The notes beneath the pieces are model-generated. The model was given only the letters and a program-made list of their open reading frames with translations, was not told where the DNA came from and made no database searches. A stretch of DNA of 64,000 bases from Candidatus Anstonellales archaeon (GTDB taxonomy: Archaea; Micrarchaeota; Micrarchaeia; Anstonellales; J096). Positions 43,503 through 53,191 of the stretch are shown piece by piece; within the stretch, counting starts at the first letter, position 1; each line of letters opens with the position of its first letter. The position numbers were made by a program, and so were the translations under genes. The stretch covers positions 13,865-77,864 of the forward strand of contig JAVYLQ010000001.1 of NCBI GenBank assembly GCA_038740615.1, in the 5' to 3' direction.

Positions 43503-44329
43503 ACATCCATAACAATTCTCAACATATTCCTTGTACCTACTCCTAATCCTAAAATTGCAGCAATACTCAATATGATTCTCCTATCATCATCATTTAGACC
43601 CACTCTCTGATAGTATCGATCAATTACAAATACAAGAGCTAGTTTAAGAACATAGAACACTAAATATGATAAATTATCCCCTATTAATCCAGATAGCACA
43701 TGTTTTTCTGCATATTTCCCCACTAGCTCAATTCCTATAAAAGTAGATCCACCATCCAAACCTTGCCCAAAATATGCATAGAATTGCAATCCTGTATTCG
43801 ATAATAGAACAGCTGGAATATATGCCATTACTATAGCTAGAAAACCCGCAAGATTGTGAATGTTCGGCAATACTAAGAATACGTGAAATGCTAACAAACT
43901 ATATCCTATAACTGATGTAAGCTTCTTAAGATTATATCTCAATTCTAGATAGTAGATAAAAATAAACAGACTTGCCATCACAAGATATATCCCAGGGGTT
44001 ACATTCCAGAATGAATATTGATATAAACTATATATCCCATCTGCTCTTTTACCACTATCTACCAGATCCACTATAGCTCTTATAACCCCGCCAGTAATAG
44101 CATATGGAATGGCAGAATTAAACATGTCATTATCTAGCATCTTTATTCCTCTCCTCTGAAAATACTGTGATAGTAAATAGAGGGCAACTATTGCAATAAT
44201 CGCATATACAATAGTATTGTATATATTATAACTTTCTCTCATTAATATAGGAGATATAAAATACTTATCTATAAAGTCCATGTTTAAATTCCAGATATCA
44301 TTTTTAAATATACTAAAACTACCAACCAT
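43499..44329 (-). CDS. Integral membrane protein (multi-pass, possibly DUF63-like)
   Basis: Seven or more hydrophobic segments; last gene of the hmgA operon. Confidence 0.5.
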   Translation of the reverse strand: MVGSFSIFKNDIWNLNMDFIDKYFISPILMRESYNIYNTIVYAIIAIVALYLLSQYFQRRGIKMLDNDMFNSAIPYAITGGVIRAIVDLVDSGKRADGIYSLYQYSFWNVTPGIYLVMASLFIFIYYLELRYNLKKLTSVIGYSLLAFHVFLVLPNIHNLAGFLAIVMAYIPAVLLSNTGLQFYAYFGQGLDGGSTFIGIELVGKYAEKHVLSGLIGDNLSYLVFYVLKLALVFVIDRYYQRVGLNDDDRRIILSIAAILGLGVGTRNMLRIVMDV

Positions 44330-45261
44330 GCAGATGTTATAAGTATCTGAGCAAAGATAATTACAAATACCAGATTCTGCTCTGTTATACCTCCCGCTAA
44401 TTTCATTATCATCTGAGGTAAACTTATAGGTCGGTCTGGACTGTACAATTTTCCATCAACATATTTCCCCCACCAACCCTTGGATGGAAGCCCATTTAGA
44501 ATCTTTATTATTCCATCTAATCCATATAGCATGAATATAGGTATAGTCAGAGATTCAAAGTTATCTAATATTAATGCTGTAACTATCAATCCCCCTATAA
44601 TCAGAGTTCCCGTGTCTCCTGGAAATACTTTGGAAGGATATCTATTAAATATCAGAAATGCTGTAGACGCACCTAACAGAACTAGACCTGATATAATGAT
44701 TAGATCCTTACCATATATAAATCCCACTACAATAAGAAAGATTGAATTTACTATTGCTAATGAATACTCTAGACCATTGAAACCGGCTAAGATATTCGTT
44801 AGATTTGCTGCGCCAGTATACATAATTGGCAATACAAAAAATACATATAAAAATCCCAGATCTATTGTCCCTATCCCCGGAATTGTGATATTAGTATCTA
44901 TTAAAGAACTATAGATTATTAGAGGAATTGCCCCAATTATCGGCAATATAAACTTTACCCATTTGGGGATATCCAGTAGATCATCTATAATCCCTACCAA
45001 CCCTACCAGAAGGACAGAATATATTAGCACAATAATTCTTATATCAAATCCATTGAATACACTATAAATTGCTGCTAAGATAGATAAAGCCAGAGTTATC
45101 CCTAACAATACTCCCAATCCCCCCATCTCAGCTACCTCTGGTTGATCTGGTTTATTCACATCTCTCCCCACTATCCCTTCAGCCTTAAGTCTTGGTATGG
45201 CCCATTTTAGAAACAGATAGGTAATAACAAATGATATAGGTGCCACCAGATACAATATCAT
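44284..45261 (-). CDS. Polyprenyl-phosphate GlcNAc-1-phosphate transferase family (MraY/WecA/AglH-like)
   Basis: Multi-pass membrane protein with the VGIIDDLLDI Asp-rich motif of the MraY/WecA family. Confidence 0.75.
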   Translation of the reverse strand: MILYLVAPISFVITYLFLKWAIPRLKAEGIVGRDVNKPDQPEVAEMGGLGVLLGITLALSILAAIYSVFNGFDIRIIVLIYSVLLVGLVGIIDDLLDIPKWVKFILPIIGAIPLIIYSSLIDTNITIPGIGTIDLGFLYVFFVLPIMYTGAANLTNILAGFNGLEYSLAIVNSIFLIVVGFIYGKDLIIISGLVLLGASTAFLIFNRYPSKVFPGDTGTLIIGGLIVTALILDNFESLTIPIFMLYGLDGIIKILNGLPSKGWWGKYVDGKLYSPDRPISLPQMIMKLAGGITEQNLVFVIIFAQILITSAWLVVLVYLKMISGI

Positions 45262-46475
45262 CTGATTTCCCTCAATAATTCTTTAGCATATTCATATGAA
45301 AATCTATTATTCTTCACCATTTCATTAACTATTCTATCTATCTCCTCTCCCTTAGCACCTACCGAGATAGCTATATTCCTAGCATGCAATTTCATGTGTC
45401 CTCTTTGAATACCTTCTATAGCCAGATGATAGTTAGCTCCAAAATTGTTAGCTAATCCTACTGCAGCCATTAATATAGCAAGATCTCCAGAATTCTTCAC
45501 ATTAGATAATTCCAGCAAAGTTCTAGCATGATTTAGTGATTTGATACTACCGCCAACAGTACCTACAGCTATAGGAACCTCTATCTTCCCATGTAATTTT
45601 CCATCTTCATACCAGAAATTCGTCAGAGACAGTTGGAAATAATTCGAATATGTGTGTATCGCTGCTTCTATTGCCCTCCAATCCTGACCATAAGCAAGAG
45701 CCGCTGCAGATATTCCATTCATTATACCCTTATTATAGGTAGTTTTCCTGTAGATATCTGATTGAGCTAGAGATATGACATCTAAGATATCACTAATTGC
45801 CTGTTGGTAATCTATTCCTTTACTCTCTATATCAGCTCTCAGCTTATCCCCCCAACTGGCTCTAACAATAGCTCTTCTATAGATGGATAGATTGGACAGG
45901 ATTTTGAGAGTTGCTCTTCTTCCAGTGATATTCTGTATATCATCGGCGATTTCTTCAAGAAAGGAGTTTACTATGTTTGCGCCCATTGCATCTCCAACGT
46001 TTATTCTAAACTCTAATCTAGTGAATTCACCTCTTGTATTAGCTAGATCATCTACTTTCAAGTCCACAAAACCCCCTCCATACTTCTCCAATCTACGCAA
46101 TTTCTCTCTCGCCAATTTTTCTATATCTACTAGATGATCTCTAATTATCTTTGCAATTGATGGATTAGATTTTATGTACACATGACCTAACATAATAGAA
46201 CCAGTATATTCTCCAAAGAAGCCATCGGATAGTTTGAATGCTTTATTAGCTGCAGCTACTACTGATGGTTCCTCTACACTTAAGAAGATGATTCTATCTT
46301 GGTTATTTACACTTCCAAAAACAACTCCTAAAGGTAGAGTAATTCTACCCACGACATTCTCAATCATACTATTCATAGTTTCCAGATCTGTTTCCAGTTC
46401 TCCAAACTGTTTACCTACTAAACTCTCCAGATATTCCCTCCTCTCCTGAATTGACATATCTCTAAACTTTTTCAT
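45258..46475 (-). CDS. hmgA: 3-hydroxy-3-methylglutaryl-CoA reductase (class I)
   Basis: DAMGANIVN, ENV.G, GTVGG motifs; 405 aa. Confidence 0.9.
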   Translation of the reverse strand: MKKFRDMSIQERREYLESLVGKQFGELETDLETMNSMIENVVGRITLPLGVVFGSVNNQDRIIFLSVEEPSVVAAANKAFKLSDGFFGEYTGSIMLGHVYIKSNPSIAKIIRDHLVDIEKLAREKLRRLEKYGGGFVDLKVDDLANTRGEFTRLEFRINVGDAMGANIVNSFLEEIADDIQNITGRRATLKILSNLSIYRRAIVRASWGDKLRADIESKGIDYQQAISDILDVISLAQSDIYRKTTYNKGIMNGISAAALAYGQDWRAIEAAIHTYSNYFQLSLTNFWYEDGKLHGKIEVPIAVGTVGGSIKSLNHARTLLELSNVKNSGDLAILMAAVGLANNFGANYHLAIEGIQRGHMKLHARNIAISVGAKGEEIDRIVNEMVKNNRFSYEYAKELLREIR

Positions 46476-46996
46476 CTTTCCAGATACACCTCAGTATTAT
46501 AATCGATAGATAGAGTATTAGAGTTATACACAGCATTTTTGATTATAATCTCTCTATTTATATATCTAGATAGAGTATCTAACCATCCGTCAGATATCTT
46601 CAGATTTATCTCTCGCTTTCTAGTCTTAAGTTTCATTATTCCATTATCGATTATAAGCTTTCCCTTTAGTATTGGAATAATTCCGTCGCTAATCTTTATC
46701 TTCATAGGTTTCCTATCAATCATAAGTTCGCCCCTAACAATCAGAGTATTATTTTTCTTGTAGAAATTCCTAAACCATATTATATCTCCTTCAAGAATAT
46801 GTAACGATATCCCTTGGATCTTACATAAAAACCCGTCCCCAAAAACCATAATGTAATCTGGCTTTTCAATAATTTTCTCAACCTTAATATGAGTGTAAAC
46901 TCTGTACTTTGCATCAGGAAAATTGATCAGAGTAGCCGGGGAGATAACCTTGGGAGCCAGTCGCATCATGTCAAAATAGCTATCAATATCCATCAT
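46472..46996 (-). CDS. Hypothetical protein (174 aa), first gene of the hmgA operon
   Basis: ORF with ATGA overlap onto hmgA; no recognisable motif. Confidence 0.4.
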   Translation of the reverse strand: MMDIDSYFDMMRLAPKVISPATLINFPDAKYRVYTHIKVEKIIEKPDYIMVFGDGFLCKIQGISLHILEGDIIWFRNFYKKNNTLIVRGELMIDRKPMKIKISDGIIPILKGKLIIDNGIMKLKTRKREINLKISDGWLDTLSRYINREIIIKNAVYNSNTLSIDYNTEVYLER

Positions 46997-47047
46997 TAAC
47001 TTAACAGATTCAAAAAGCTATTTAAAAATATTTGATTAGAATTAGCT

Positions 47048-47953
47048 ATGGATAGAAAAATCACAAACTACGTACCTTTTCAGACGCCAATAGCAAGGCT
47101 AAAATCCATCCAGAGACAATCAATAATGAAAAGATACAATAAACTTGAGGATTTTCAGATATCTATATTTGATCTGAGAGATATGATTGAGAGGTTGATA
47201 AGAGATGTTAGAATTGAATATCCTTCGAATATAAATAATAGAAAAATAGCATTCTTTTTCTATATCGCTAAAATAAGAAATTTTCTGAAGAGCGAGAGTT
47301 TTTTACCCGATCTAACTATGCTAACGTTTCTTGAATCACTATCCAGATCTGCTAAGAATGGTAATAAATTTGTAATAATTGTGGAAAATGAATTTTTTGA
47401 TCCGAATGTTCTAAACATCTCTTACAATACCTACTCTCAATCAATGAAATGGATTGACCTATTCAGAGAATTTGATTTCTTCAAGAACCTAGAATTCATA
47501 TCGATGGCGGAATTAAATGAGGATATAGAAGATTTTGAAATAGTATTCGAAGAGACCAAATCAGAGATATCTGTAAATAGAGATGATGAAGTTTATAGAG
47601 TACTAAGAGATTCTGTGAGTTTTAAAAGTCTAGATCATGCTCTGAAGTATTACTCTAAGGAGAGTACTCTAACTAGAGTTGATAAAATATATATAAACTA
47701 TATGTCTTTCATTGAAGCTAGAGCCAAAGTGGATTATTGGAATAGATTAATTTCTAAATATAAGTGGGTTAGAGCTACTGTTAGTAAAAAACAGGGAATA
47801 GTGTATATAGAACCTACTGTCTTCAATATTCCTGCTGCACATTCCATATTTAATGCAAGGGTTCTAAGAGATAGTTACCTGATTGATGAACTCTACTATA
47901 AAAAAATAAACTACAGGGTAAAAGTTGATAATAATGTAATGTATTATTTCTGA
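47048..47953 (+). CDS. Hypothetical protein (301 aa), orphan plus-strand gene between two minus-strand operons
   Basis: ORF only; no recognisable motif. Confidence 0.4.
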   Translation: MDRKITNYVPFQTPIARLKSIQRQSIMKRYNKLEDFQISIFDLRDMIERLIRDVRIEYPSNINNRKIAFFFYIAKIRNFLKSESFLPDLTMLTFLESLSRSAKNGNKFVIIVENEFFDPNVLNISYNTYSQSMKWIDLFREFDFFKNLEFISMAELNEDIEDFEIVFEETKSEISVNRDDEVYRVLRDSVSFKSLDHALKYYSKESTLTRVDKIYINYMSFIEARAKVDYWNRLISKYKWVRATVSKKQGIVYIEPTVFNIPAAHSIFNARVLRDSYLIDELYYKKINYRVKVDNNVMYYF

Positions 47954-49020
47954 GACTGTTTATCAATGGTGGTCTTCTTGAAAATGTGCTCAAATAATGA
48001 GATTGTATCTAGATCCTCTGTAAATGTAAATACACCAACTTTTACATTTCCATCACTCATAATATGATGGTAAACTCTCATACCCTTTTCTTTTATAGAT
48101 GTAAACAGATCGATGAGGGGAACTACATATAGAGAACTATTCTTGAATACTGCTACACCATAATTAGGATTCCTATCCCCAGGTGTCTTGAGTTCATATC
48201 TATCGTGCTCTCTCTTACCAGTAATAGTTATGTGCAATAGTTCTTTAGGTATCTCTCTAAGTTCTCCAAGTACAAGAGACTGAGCAGCTATTAGGTATCT
48301 TGTTATAGTATCGGCTAATTCTGGATCATCTACCCATCTATTAACTCGTTCTCTTATTATATTATAATTTTGATGACTCTGGTCTATCTGCCTGAACCTA
48401 TTTAATATCTTATCCTCAACATTTGTCTCATCTTTTAGCCATTTGATATTATCACAATACATTACTTCATATTTTTCAGTATGTTCAATATTATATTTGG
48501 ATTTAAGTTCCTTTACGTCCTTATCATCTACAGGAGATCTGAGTATTGGATATCTATGTTGATTTTCATTCCAATCCTTCAAGATATATCTGCTCTCATC
48601 AGCTACAATCAATCTCTTTCCTGCCAATTGTGCAAACAGGGCAAACTTGGTGTAGAGTAAATAATCTAACACAGACATTATACCTAACAGATCATAAGTT
48701 GAAACATGTGGGGCAACAGCTTTGGAGTAATAGAATAGAATAAATCCTTCCCTATCCAGATCTTCGTCTTTTATCTCCCCAGAATCTTTCATCTTACCCC
48801 AGTTTAGAAATCTGGCCTTCTTATGTTTAATCTGCTTTTCACTAATCGGTTGATATTGATTGAGAGCATGAATTATTATGCCTTTTAGTACAGAACTGGG
48901 GGAAATATCTTGCTCTATAGTAATTATTCTTCCCTCCTTAACCAGCTTGCAATACTGTTCTTTGATCTGCTCTTTCTTCTCGCTTAAATAACTCTGATAC
49001 TTTTCTAAAATTTCTTTCAT
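47944..49020 (-). CDS. Hypothetical protein (358 aa), co-oriented with and immediately downstream of rnhB
   Basis: ORF only; no P-loop or other motif recognised; 22-nt spacing from rnhB. Confidence 0.4.
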   Translation of the reverse strand: MKEILEKYQSYLSEKKEQIKEQYCKLVKEGRIITIEQDISPSSVLKGIIIHALNQYQPISEKQIKHKKARFLNWGKMKDSGEIKDEDLDREGFILFYYSKAVAPHVSTYDLLGIMSVLDYLLYTKFALFAQLAGKRLIVADESRYILKDWNENQHRYPILRSPVDDKDVKELKSKYNIEHTEKYEVMYCDNIKWLKDETNVEDKILNRFRQIDQSHQNYNIIRERVNRWVDDPELADTITRYLIAAQSLVLGELREIPKELLHITITGKREHDRYELKTPGDRNPNYGVAVFKNSSLYVVPLIDLFTSIKEKGMRVYHHIMSDGNVKVGVFTFTEDLDTISLFEHIFKKTTIDKQSQK

Positions 49021-49042
49021 ATTTATATTTACATAGATATGT

Positions 49043-49630
49043 TTAAAAATTATTAAGTTTATTGTTTTTGAGAGTTCTATAAGTAGACCATTTCTTCCGT
49101 ATGTATCTTTCCAAATCTCTGAAATTCTGAGGATCTTTCAGGAACTCAATTGTTCTTGGGTCGGAAGGATACCCACTACCGAAATCACCGTATCTTGCAT
49201 GCAATTCATCAATATATCTATCTCGATATACTTTAGCAACTATACTAGCAGCACTCACTATGGGGTATTTAGAATCTGCTTTGTAGTCAGCAATCACATA
49301 TCTACCTAGTTTTTTTAGAGATAATGGGTCCATAAATGCATCTATATATATCCCATCATACTCTCCCCGATCTTGCAACCATTCTTGGATCTTCCTATAC
49401 TCTAATCGATTTATATTTTCCCTATCAATCTCCCAGGGTTCTATCTTTATATGATCTACAAGATCGGCCTGCTCTACAATCTCTTGAAACAGATTCTCTC
49501 TTTGCTGTCTACTAAGCTCTTTAGAATCACGAACAGCAGAACGTAGAGGGGAGGATATCTCAACCAATCCAATAACCAGAGGACCTATTAGTGCCCCTCT
49601 ACCAGCCTCATCTATTCCAAGCAATCTCAA
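49043..49630 (-). CDS. rnhB: Ribonuclease HII
   Basis: LGIDEAGRGALIGPLVIG N-terminal catalytic motif; 195 aa. Confidence 0.85.
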   Translation of the reverse strand: MRLLGIDEAGRGALIGPLVIGLVEISSPLRSAVRDSKELSRQQRENLFQEIVEQADLVDHIKIEPWEIDRENINRLEYRKIQEWLQDRGEYDGIYIDAFMDPLSLKKLGRYVIADYKADSKYPIVSAASIVAKVYRDRYIDELHARYGDFGSGYPSDPRTIEFLKDPQNFRDLERYIRKKWSTYRTLKNNKLNNF

Positions 49631-49632
49631 AT

Positions 49633-49911
49633 CTATTTCTGCCCTGTGATCAAGAATCTCTGATCTACAATAACGTAATCTCTTGCAGCTAATACTGCAT
49701 CAAAAGGCAATTTGATTTTACCATCCTCAACTTTTATCTTATTTTCATTCTTGTAAAGGAAATTCTCATTTGGATCAACAATTATATATAGCAATTTTCC
49801 AGTCTTGGTATCAAATTCTATATCTAACAGATTCCCCACCTCTTCTCCATTAGTAGCAACAATCTTCTTACCTGGAAGATTTTTTGCAGTTATTATTCCC
49901 ATTAAGCTCAC
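49633..49911 (-). CDS. PRC-barrel domain protein
   Basis: 92 aa, GKKIVATNGEEVGNLLDIEFDTKTGKLLYIIV pattern typical of PRC barrels. Confidence 0.5.
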   Translation of the reverse strand: MSLMGIITAKNLPGKKIVATNGEEVGNLLDIEFDTKTGKLLYIIVDPNENFLYKNENKIKVEDGKIKLPFDAVLAARDYVIVDQRFLITGQK

Positions 49912-49964
49912 CTATATTAAGATTTAACTAACTATTTTTAAATTTATTTATACTTAATCAAATC

Positions 49965-51428
49965 ATGGCGAATGTAAGAGTAAAGTATCTATCAAGAGAT
50001 GATATGGAACTATTGAATAATCTTGGATTTCCATCCGAAGATGGTATTGTAGAGGTCACTCCAAATAGACCAGATATGTTAAGCGAAGTGGGGATAAGAA
50101 GGGTAATCGATCTGTACAGAGGCAAGAAAATATCTCAGTATAGATCTAAAAGATTAGAGATCGATATTAATATTGAACATGTTCCAAGTAGGCCTTATAT
50201 TGAAATAGCTACTCTAGAGCTGAGTTCTAAGATCGAACTAGATGATCTCATAGAGTTCCAAGAGAAACTCCATGAGACTTATGGGAGAAAGAGAAAAAGA
50301 GTGGCGATAGGTATTCATGATTTGGATTATATAACTCCTCCAATAACCTATAGAGCAGTATACGATGAGACATTTATCCCTCTTAACTCAAACCAGAGAA
50401 TGAATATAGAACAGATACTAAAGTCTTTAGATAAGGGTAAAGAATATGGGCATTTAGTCAGTCCACCATATCCTATGTTATATGATAGCACTGGGGTTAT
50501 ATCTTTTCCACCAATCATAAATAGCGATCGTACCAAACTAAGAGAGGAGACTAGAAAAATACTGATTGATGTAACCGGTATAAACCAACATTATGTCAAA
50601 GATACGATGAAAATACTATTATGTTATTTTATAGATCTAGGTGCTAAGAATGTAGAATCCACAACTCAACTAGATTACAAAACTATTACAGCCCCAGCAA
50701 GCAGGATTAGAGAGTTAATAAATATAGATGTTGATTATAGAGAAATGCTTATGAAATCTGGAATTGAATACGATGGTAATGTAGCGATAATTCCTCCATA
50801 CAGAGTGGATTTTATGGACTGGACAGATGTTGCCGAAGAAATAGCTATTAATTATGGGTATAATCATATTCCTAGAGATTTCCCAAAAATATACCAATCT
50901 GCTGAGATCGGTGAAGATCCTATTAGAGATATAATGGATCGAATGGGATTTAGCGAAGTCTATACCTCATTCTTAGTGAAGTACGATGATGCCAAAGAAT
51001 ACTTTGAACTAGAGAAATTACAGAATTCTGTATCTGAAGATTACAATGCTATTCGACCATCATTAGAATTATCATTGTTAAGAGTGATTCATAAGAACAG
51101 AAATGCTAAACTCCCATATAAAATCTATGAGATAGGACGAGTATATGACCCTAGATTAGATAGAGAATACGATCAGATAGGATTTGCAATAATGCAGAAT
51201 GAATTTAGAGTAGAGGATTATTTAGGTATAATAAAAACATTAGCCATGGCTATGAATGCCCAACTACATTTGGACAGAGGAAGTGGTAGTAAAATATTAT
51301 TAGATACTACGTCATTCAAAGGAAAAATTAATGATTATGAATTCTACGTGGGTGCTGTTAGATACGAGATCCTGGAGAGATTCGAAATCGATAGACCAGT
51401 AGTTATAGGTATTATATTTAAAAAATAA
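49965..51428 (+). CDS. pheT: Phenylalanyl-tRNA synthetase beta subunit (archaeal type)
   Basis: N-terminus VEVTPNRPDMLSEVGIRR (B3/4 domain) and B5/catalytic-like C-terminal region; 487 aa. Confidence 0.75.
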   Translation: MANVRVKYLSRDDMELLNNLGFPSEDGIVEVTPNRPDMLSEVGIRRVIDLYRGKKISQYRSKRLEIDINIEHVPSRPYIEIATLELSSKIELDDLIEFQEKLHETYGRKRKRVAIGIHDLDYITPPITYRAVYDETFIPLNSNQRMNIEQILKSLDKGKEYGHLVSPPYPMLYDSTGVISFPPIINSDRTKLREETRKILIDVTGINQHYVKDTMKILLCYFIDLGAKNVESTTQLDYKTITAPASRIRELINIDVDYREMLMKSGIEYDGNVAIIPPYRVDFMDWTDVAEEIAINYGYNHIPRDFPKIYQSAEIGEDPIRDIMDRMGFSEVYTSFLVKYDDAKEYFELEKLQNSVSEDYNAIRPSLELSLLRVIHKNRNAKLPYKIYEIGRVYDPRLDREYDQIGFAIMQNEFRVEDYLGIIKTLAMAMNAQLHLDRGSGSKILLDTTSFKGKINDYEFYVGAVRYEILERFEIDRPVVIGIIFKK

Positions 51429-51445
51429 TACCTAACATAATTAGT

Positions 51446-51823
51446 ATGACGCTTAATAGGTTGATAAAGCGTAATGTCTTGTATGTTGACATCAACTCTG
51501 AAGTTGGAGAGGTTGCAAAGAAAATGAAAGAGAAGAGAAGTGGGTATGCTATAATAGTTGATAAGAATAGAGCTGAGGGGATAGTAACCAGAACAGATCT
51601 AGTCTATAGAGTTCTAGCTGAACAGAAACCATATAGTACTAAGATCAGAGAGGTTATGAGTTATCCCCTCATAGTTCTGTTTCCAGAGATGACAATAGAT
51701 GATGCTATTAATGCATTCAATCAGCACCCCATCCAGAGGATTGTTATAGTTGATAAGAACACATCTGAATTAATAGGGGTTATAGATAAAGATGATGTTT
51801 TTAAGATGTTATCAAATAAATAA
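51446..51823 (+). CDS. CBS-domain pair protein
   Basis: Two CBS repeats (YVDINSEVGEVAKKM...GIVTRTDL; MSYPLIVLFPEMTIDDAINAF...GVIDKDDVFK). Confidence 0.75.
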   Translation: MTLNRLIKRNVLYVDINSEVGEVAKKMKEKRSGYAIIVDKNRAEGIVTRTDLVYRVLAEQKPYSTKIREVMSYPLIVLFPEMTIDDAINAFNQHPIQRIVIVDKNTSELIGVIDKDDVFKMLSNK

Positions 51824-51826
51824 TTC

Positions 51827-51883
51827 GCCGAGCAGGGATGGCCGATCGGAGGTGGGTGATGAATCCGGTCAACACTGCTCGGT
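51827..51883 (+). ncRNA. Candidate small structured RNA / K-turn-containing hairpin in the dnaG 5' region
   Basis: 57-nt GC-rich island in an AT-rich intergenic spacer. Closing stem GCCGAGCAG/CTGCTCGGT, upper stem GATCGGA/TCCGGTC, 13-nt apical loop GGTGGGTGATGAA containing GUGAUGA. Confidence 0.3.
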
Positions 51884-51916
51884 AGTATAGAGGTTATATT
51901 TACGAGGTGAAAGATT

Positions 51917-53191
51917 ATGGCAAAAACATATATGGATAACCAGAAGTATATGATAAGAGTATTGGTAGAGGTTAAAGGAAAAGCTAGTAAAGATGACATC
52001 ATAGGAGCAGTATTTGGTCAGACTGAAGGACTGCTAGGTAAGGATATGGATCTCAGAAACCTACAGGAACACGCTAAGATAGGTAGATTGGAACCAGAGG
52101 GTCAGATCACCTATTCTCCAGTTAACAACACCACTACAGCTATCTTCAATTTACCTTCTAGCTTGGATATAGAAAAAACTGTTATAATAGCAGCAGCTCT
52201 GGAAACTATAGATAAAGTAGGGCCTCATTCAGCTGTCTTTACTGTGGAGAAAATATCTGATACTAGACAGGAGAAACGTGCTAAAATCAAGAACAGAGCT
52301 AAAGAATTATTGCAGAAATTCTTAGAGGAGAAACAGATTGATGTTGGTGAGATAGAGAAGGAGCTTAGAGAGCATATAGCAAAGAAGAATATAATACAAT
52401 TGGTTCCAGGGAATGATAAAATAGTAGCTCATAAAGAATATGATCTTCAGGATAGTGTAATATTTGTAGAGGGCAAAGCTGATGTACAGAATCTAGTATA
52501 CTATGGTATTAAGAATGTAGTATCTGTAGGAGGAGTATCCGATGTAATTCCTGATAAGATCAAGGAGATAGCTAATAAAAAAGAGGTAATATTGTTCCTG
52601 GATGGAGATAATGGTGCTAAGAAAGTAGCTGAGAATCTAATAAGCAGAGGTGTGAAAATCGATTACATTGCTCAGGCTCCTGCTGGCAAGGAAGTTGAGG
52701 AACTAGTTGGTAAGGAGATCCATACAGCTCTGAGAAAGAAAAGATATGTTGGATCGATAGACTTCAGTAACAGAGATAATTTATATCAATTGATAGATTC
52801 AATACTCAAGGAGAGTGAACAAAATGAGCCAGAGGATACTGAAGACAAGCCAGAGCAGATTGCTGAACAGACTGCAGACACGGCAAAACCCCAGATCAAC
52901 CATGCATCTTATCTATCGAGTATAATCGGTAAGAAACAGGCTCTAATTCTATACCGAGATAATAATACAGAAATTACAGATATGAAAAATATAATTCCTA
53001 AACTTAAGGAGAAAGCTCAGGAGATTATGGCAATTTACATAGATGGATTAATACCTGATAGTGTGATATCTACTATTGCATCCACAAATGCAGAATACTT
53101 AGGAATAACTAATCCTAATGCAAAGTATACTATAAAATCCAAGCTGGGTAAGAATAATAAGAACATCAGGGTAGTGTCTCTAGATGATTGA
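51917..53191 (+). CDS. dnaG: Archaeal DnaG-like primase (TOPRIM), exosome-associated
   Basis: N-terminus YMIRVLVEVKG..IIGAVFGQTEGLLG; TOPRIM VIFVEGKADV...ILFLDGDNGAKK; 424 aa. Confidence 0.8.
   Translation: MAKTYMDNQKYMIRVLVEVKGKASKDDIIGAVFGQTEGLLGKDMDLRNLQEHAKIGRLEPEGQITYSPVNNTTTAIFNLPSSLDIEKTVIIAAALETIDKVGPHSAVFTVEKISDTRQEKRAKIKNRAKELLQKFLEEKQIDVGEIEKELREHIAKKNIIQLVPGNDKIVAHKEYDLQDSVIFVEGKADVQNLVYYGIKNVVSVGGVSDVIPDKIKEIANKKEVILFLDGDNGAKKVAENLISRGVKIDYIAQAPAGKEVEELVGKEIHTALRKKRYVGSIDFSNRDNLYQLIDSILKESEQNEPEDTEDKPEQIAEQTADTAKPQINHASYLSSIIGKKQALILYRDNNTEITDMKNIIPKLKEKAQEIMAIYIDGLIPDSVISTIASTNAEYLGITNPNAKYTIKSKLGKNNKNIRVVSLDD

Noticed and set aside
51827-51883. Interpretation of the GC-rich hairpin as a canonical box C/D sRNA or a Rho-independent terminator
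   Set aside because: It has a C-box-like GUGAUGA but no D box (CUGA) and no terminal C/D stem geometry. Archaeal terminators are oligo-T tracts rather than hairpin-dependent. It is retained only as a candidate K-turn/H/ACA-like element.
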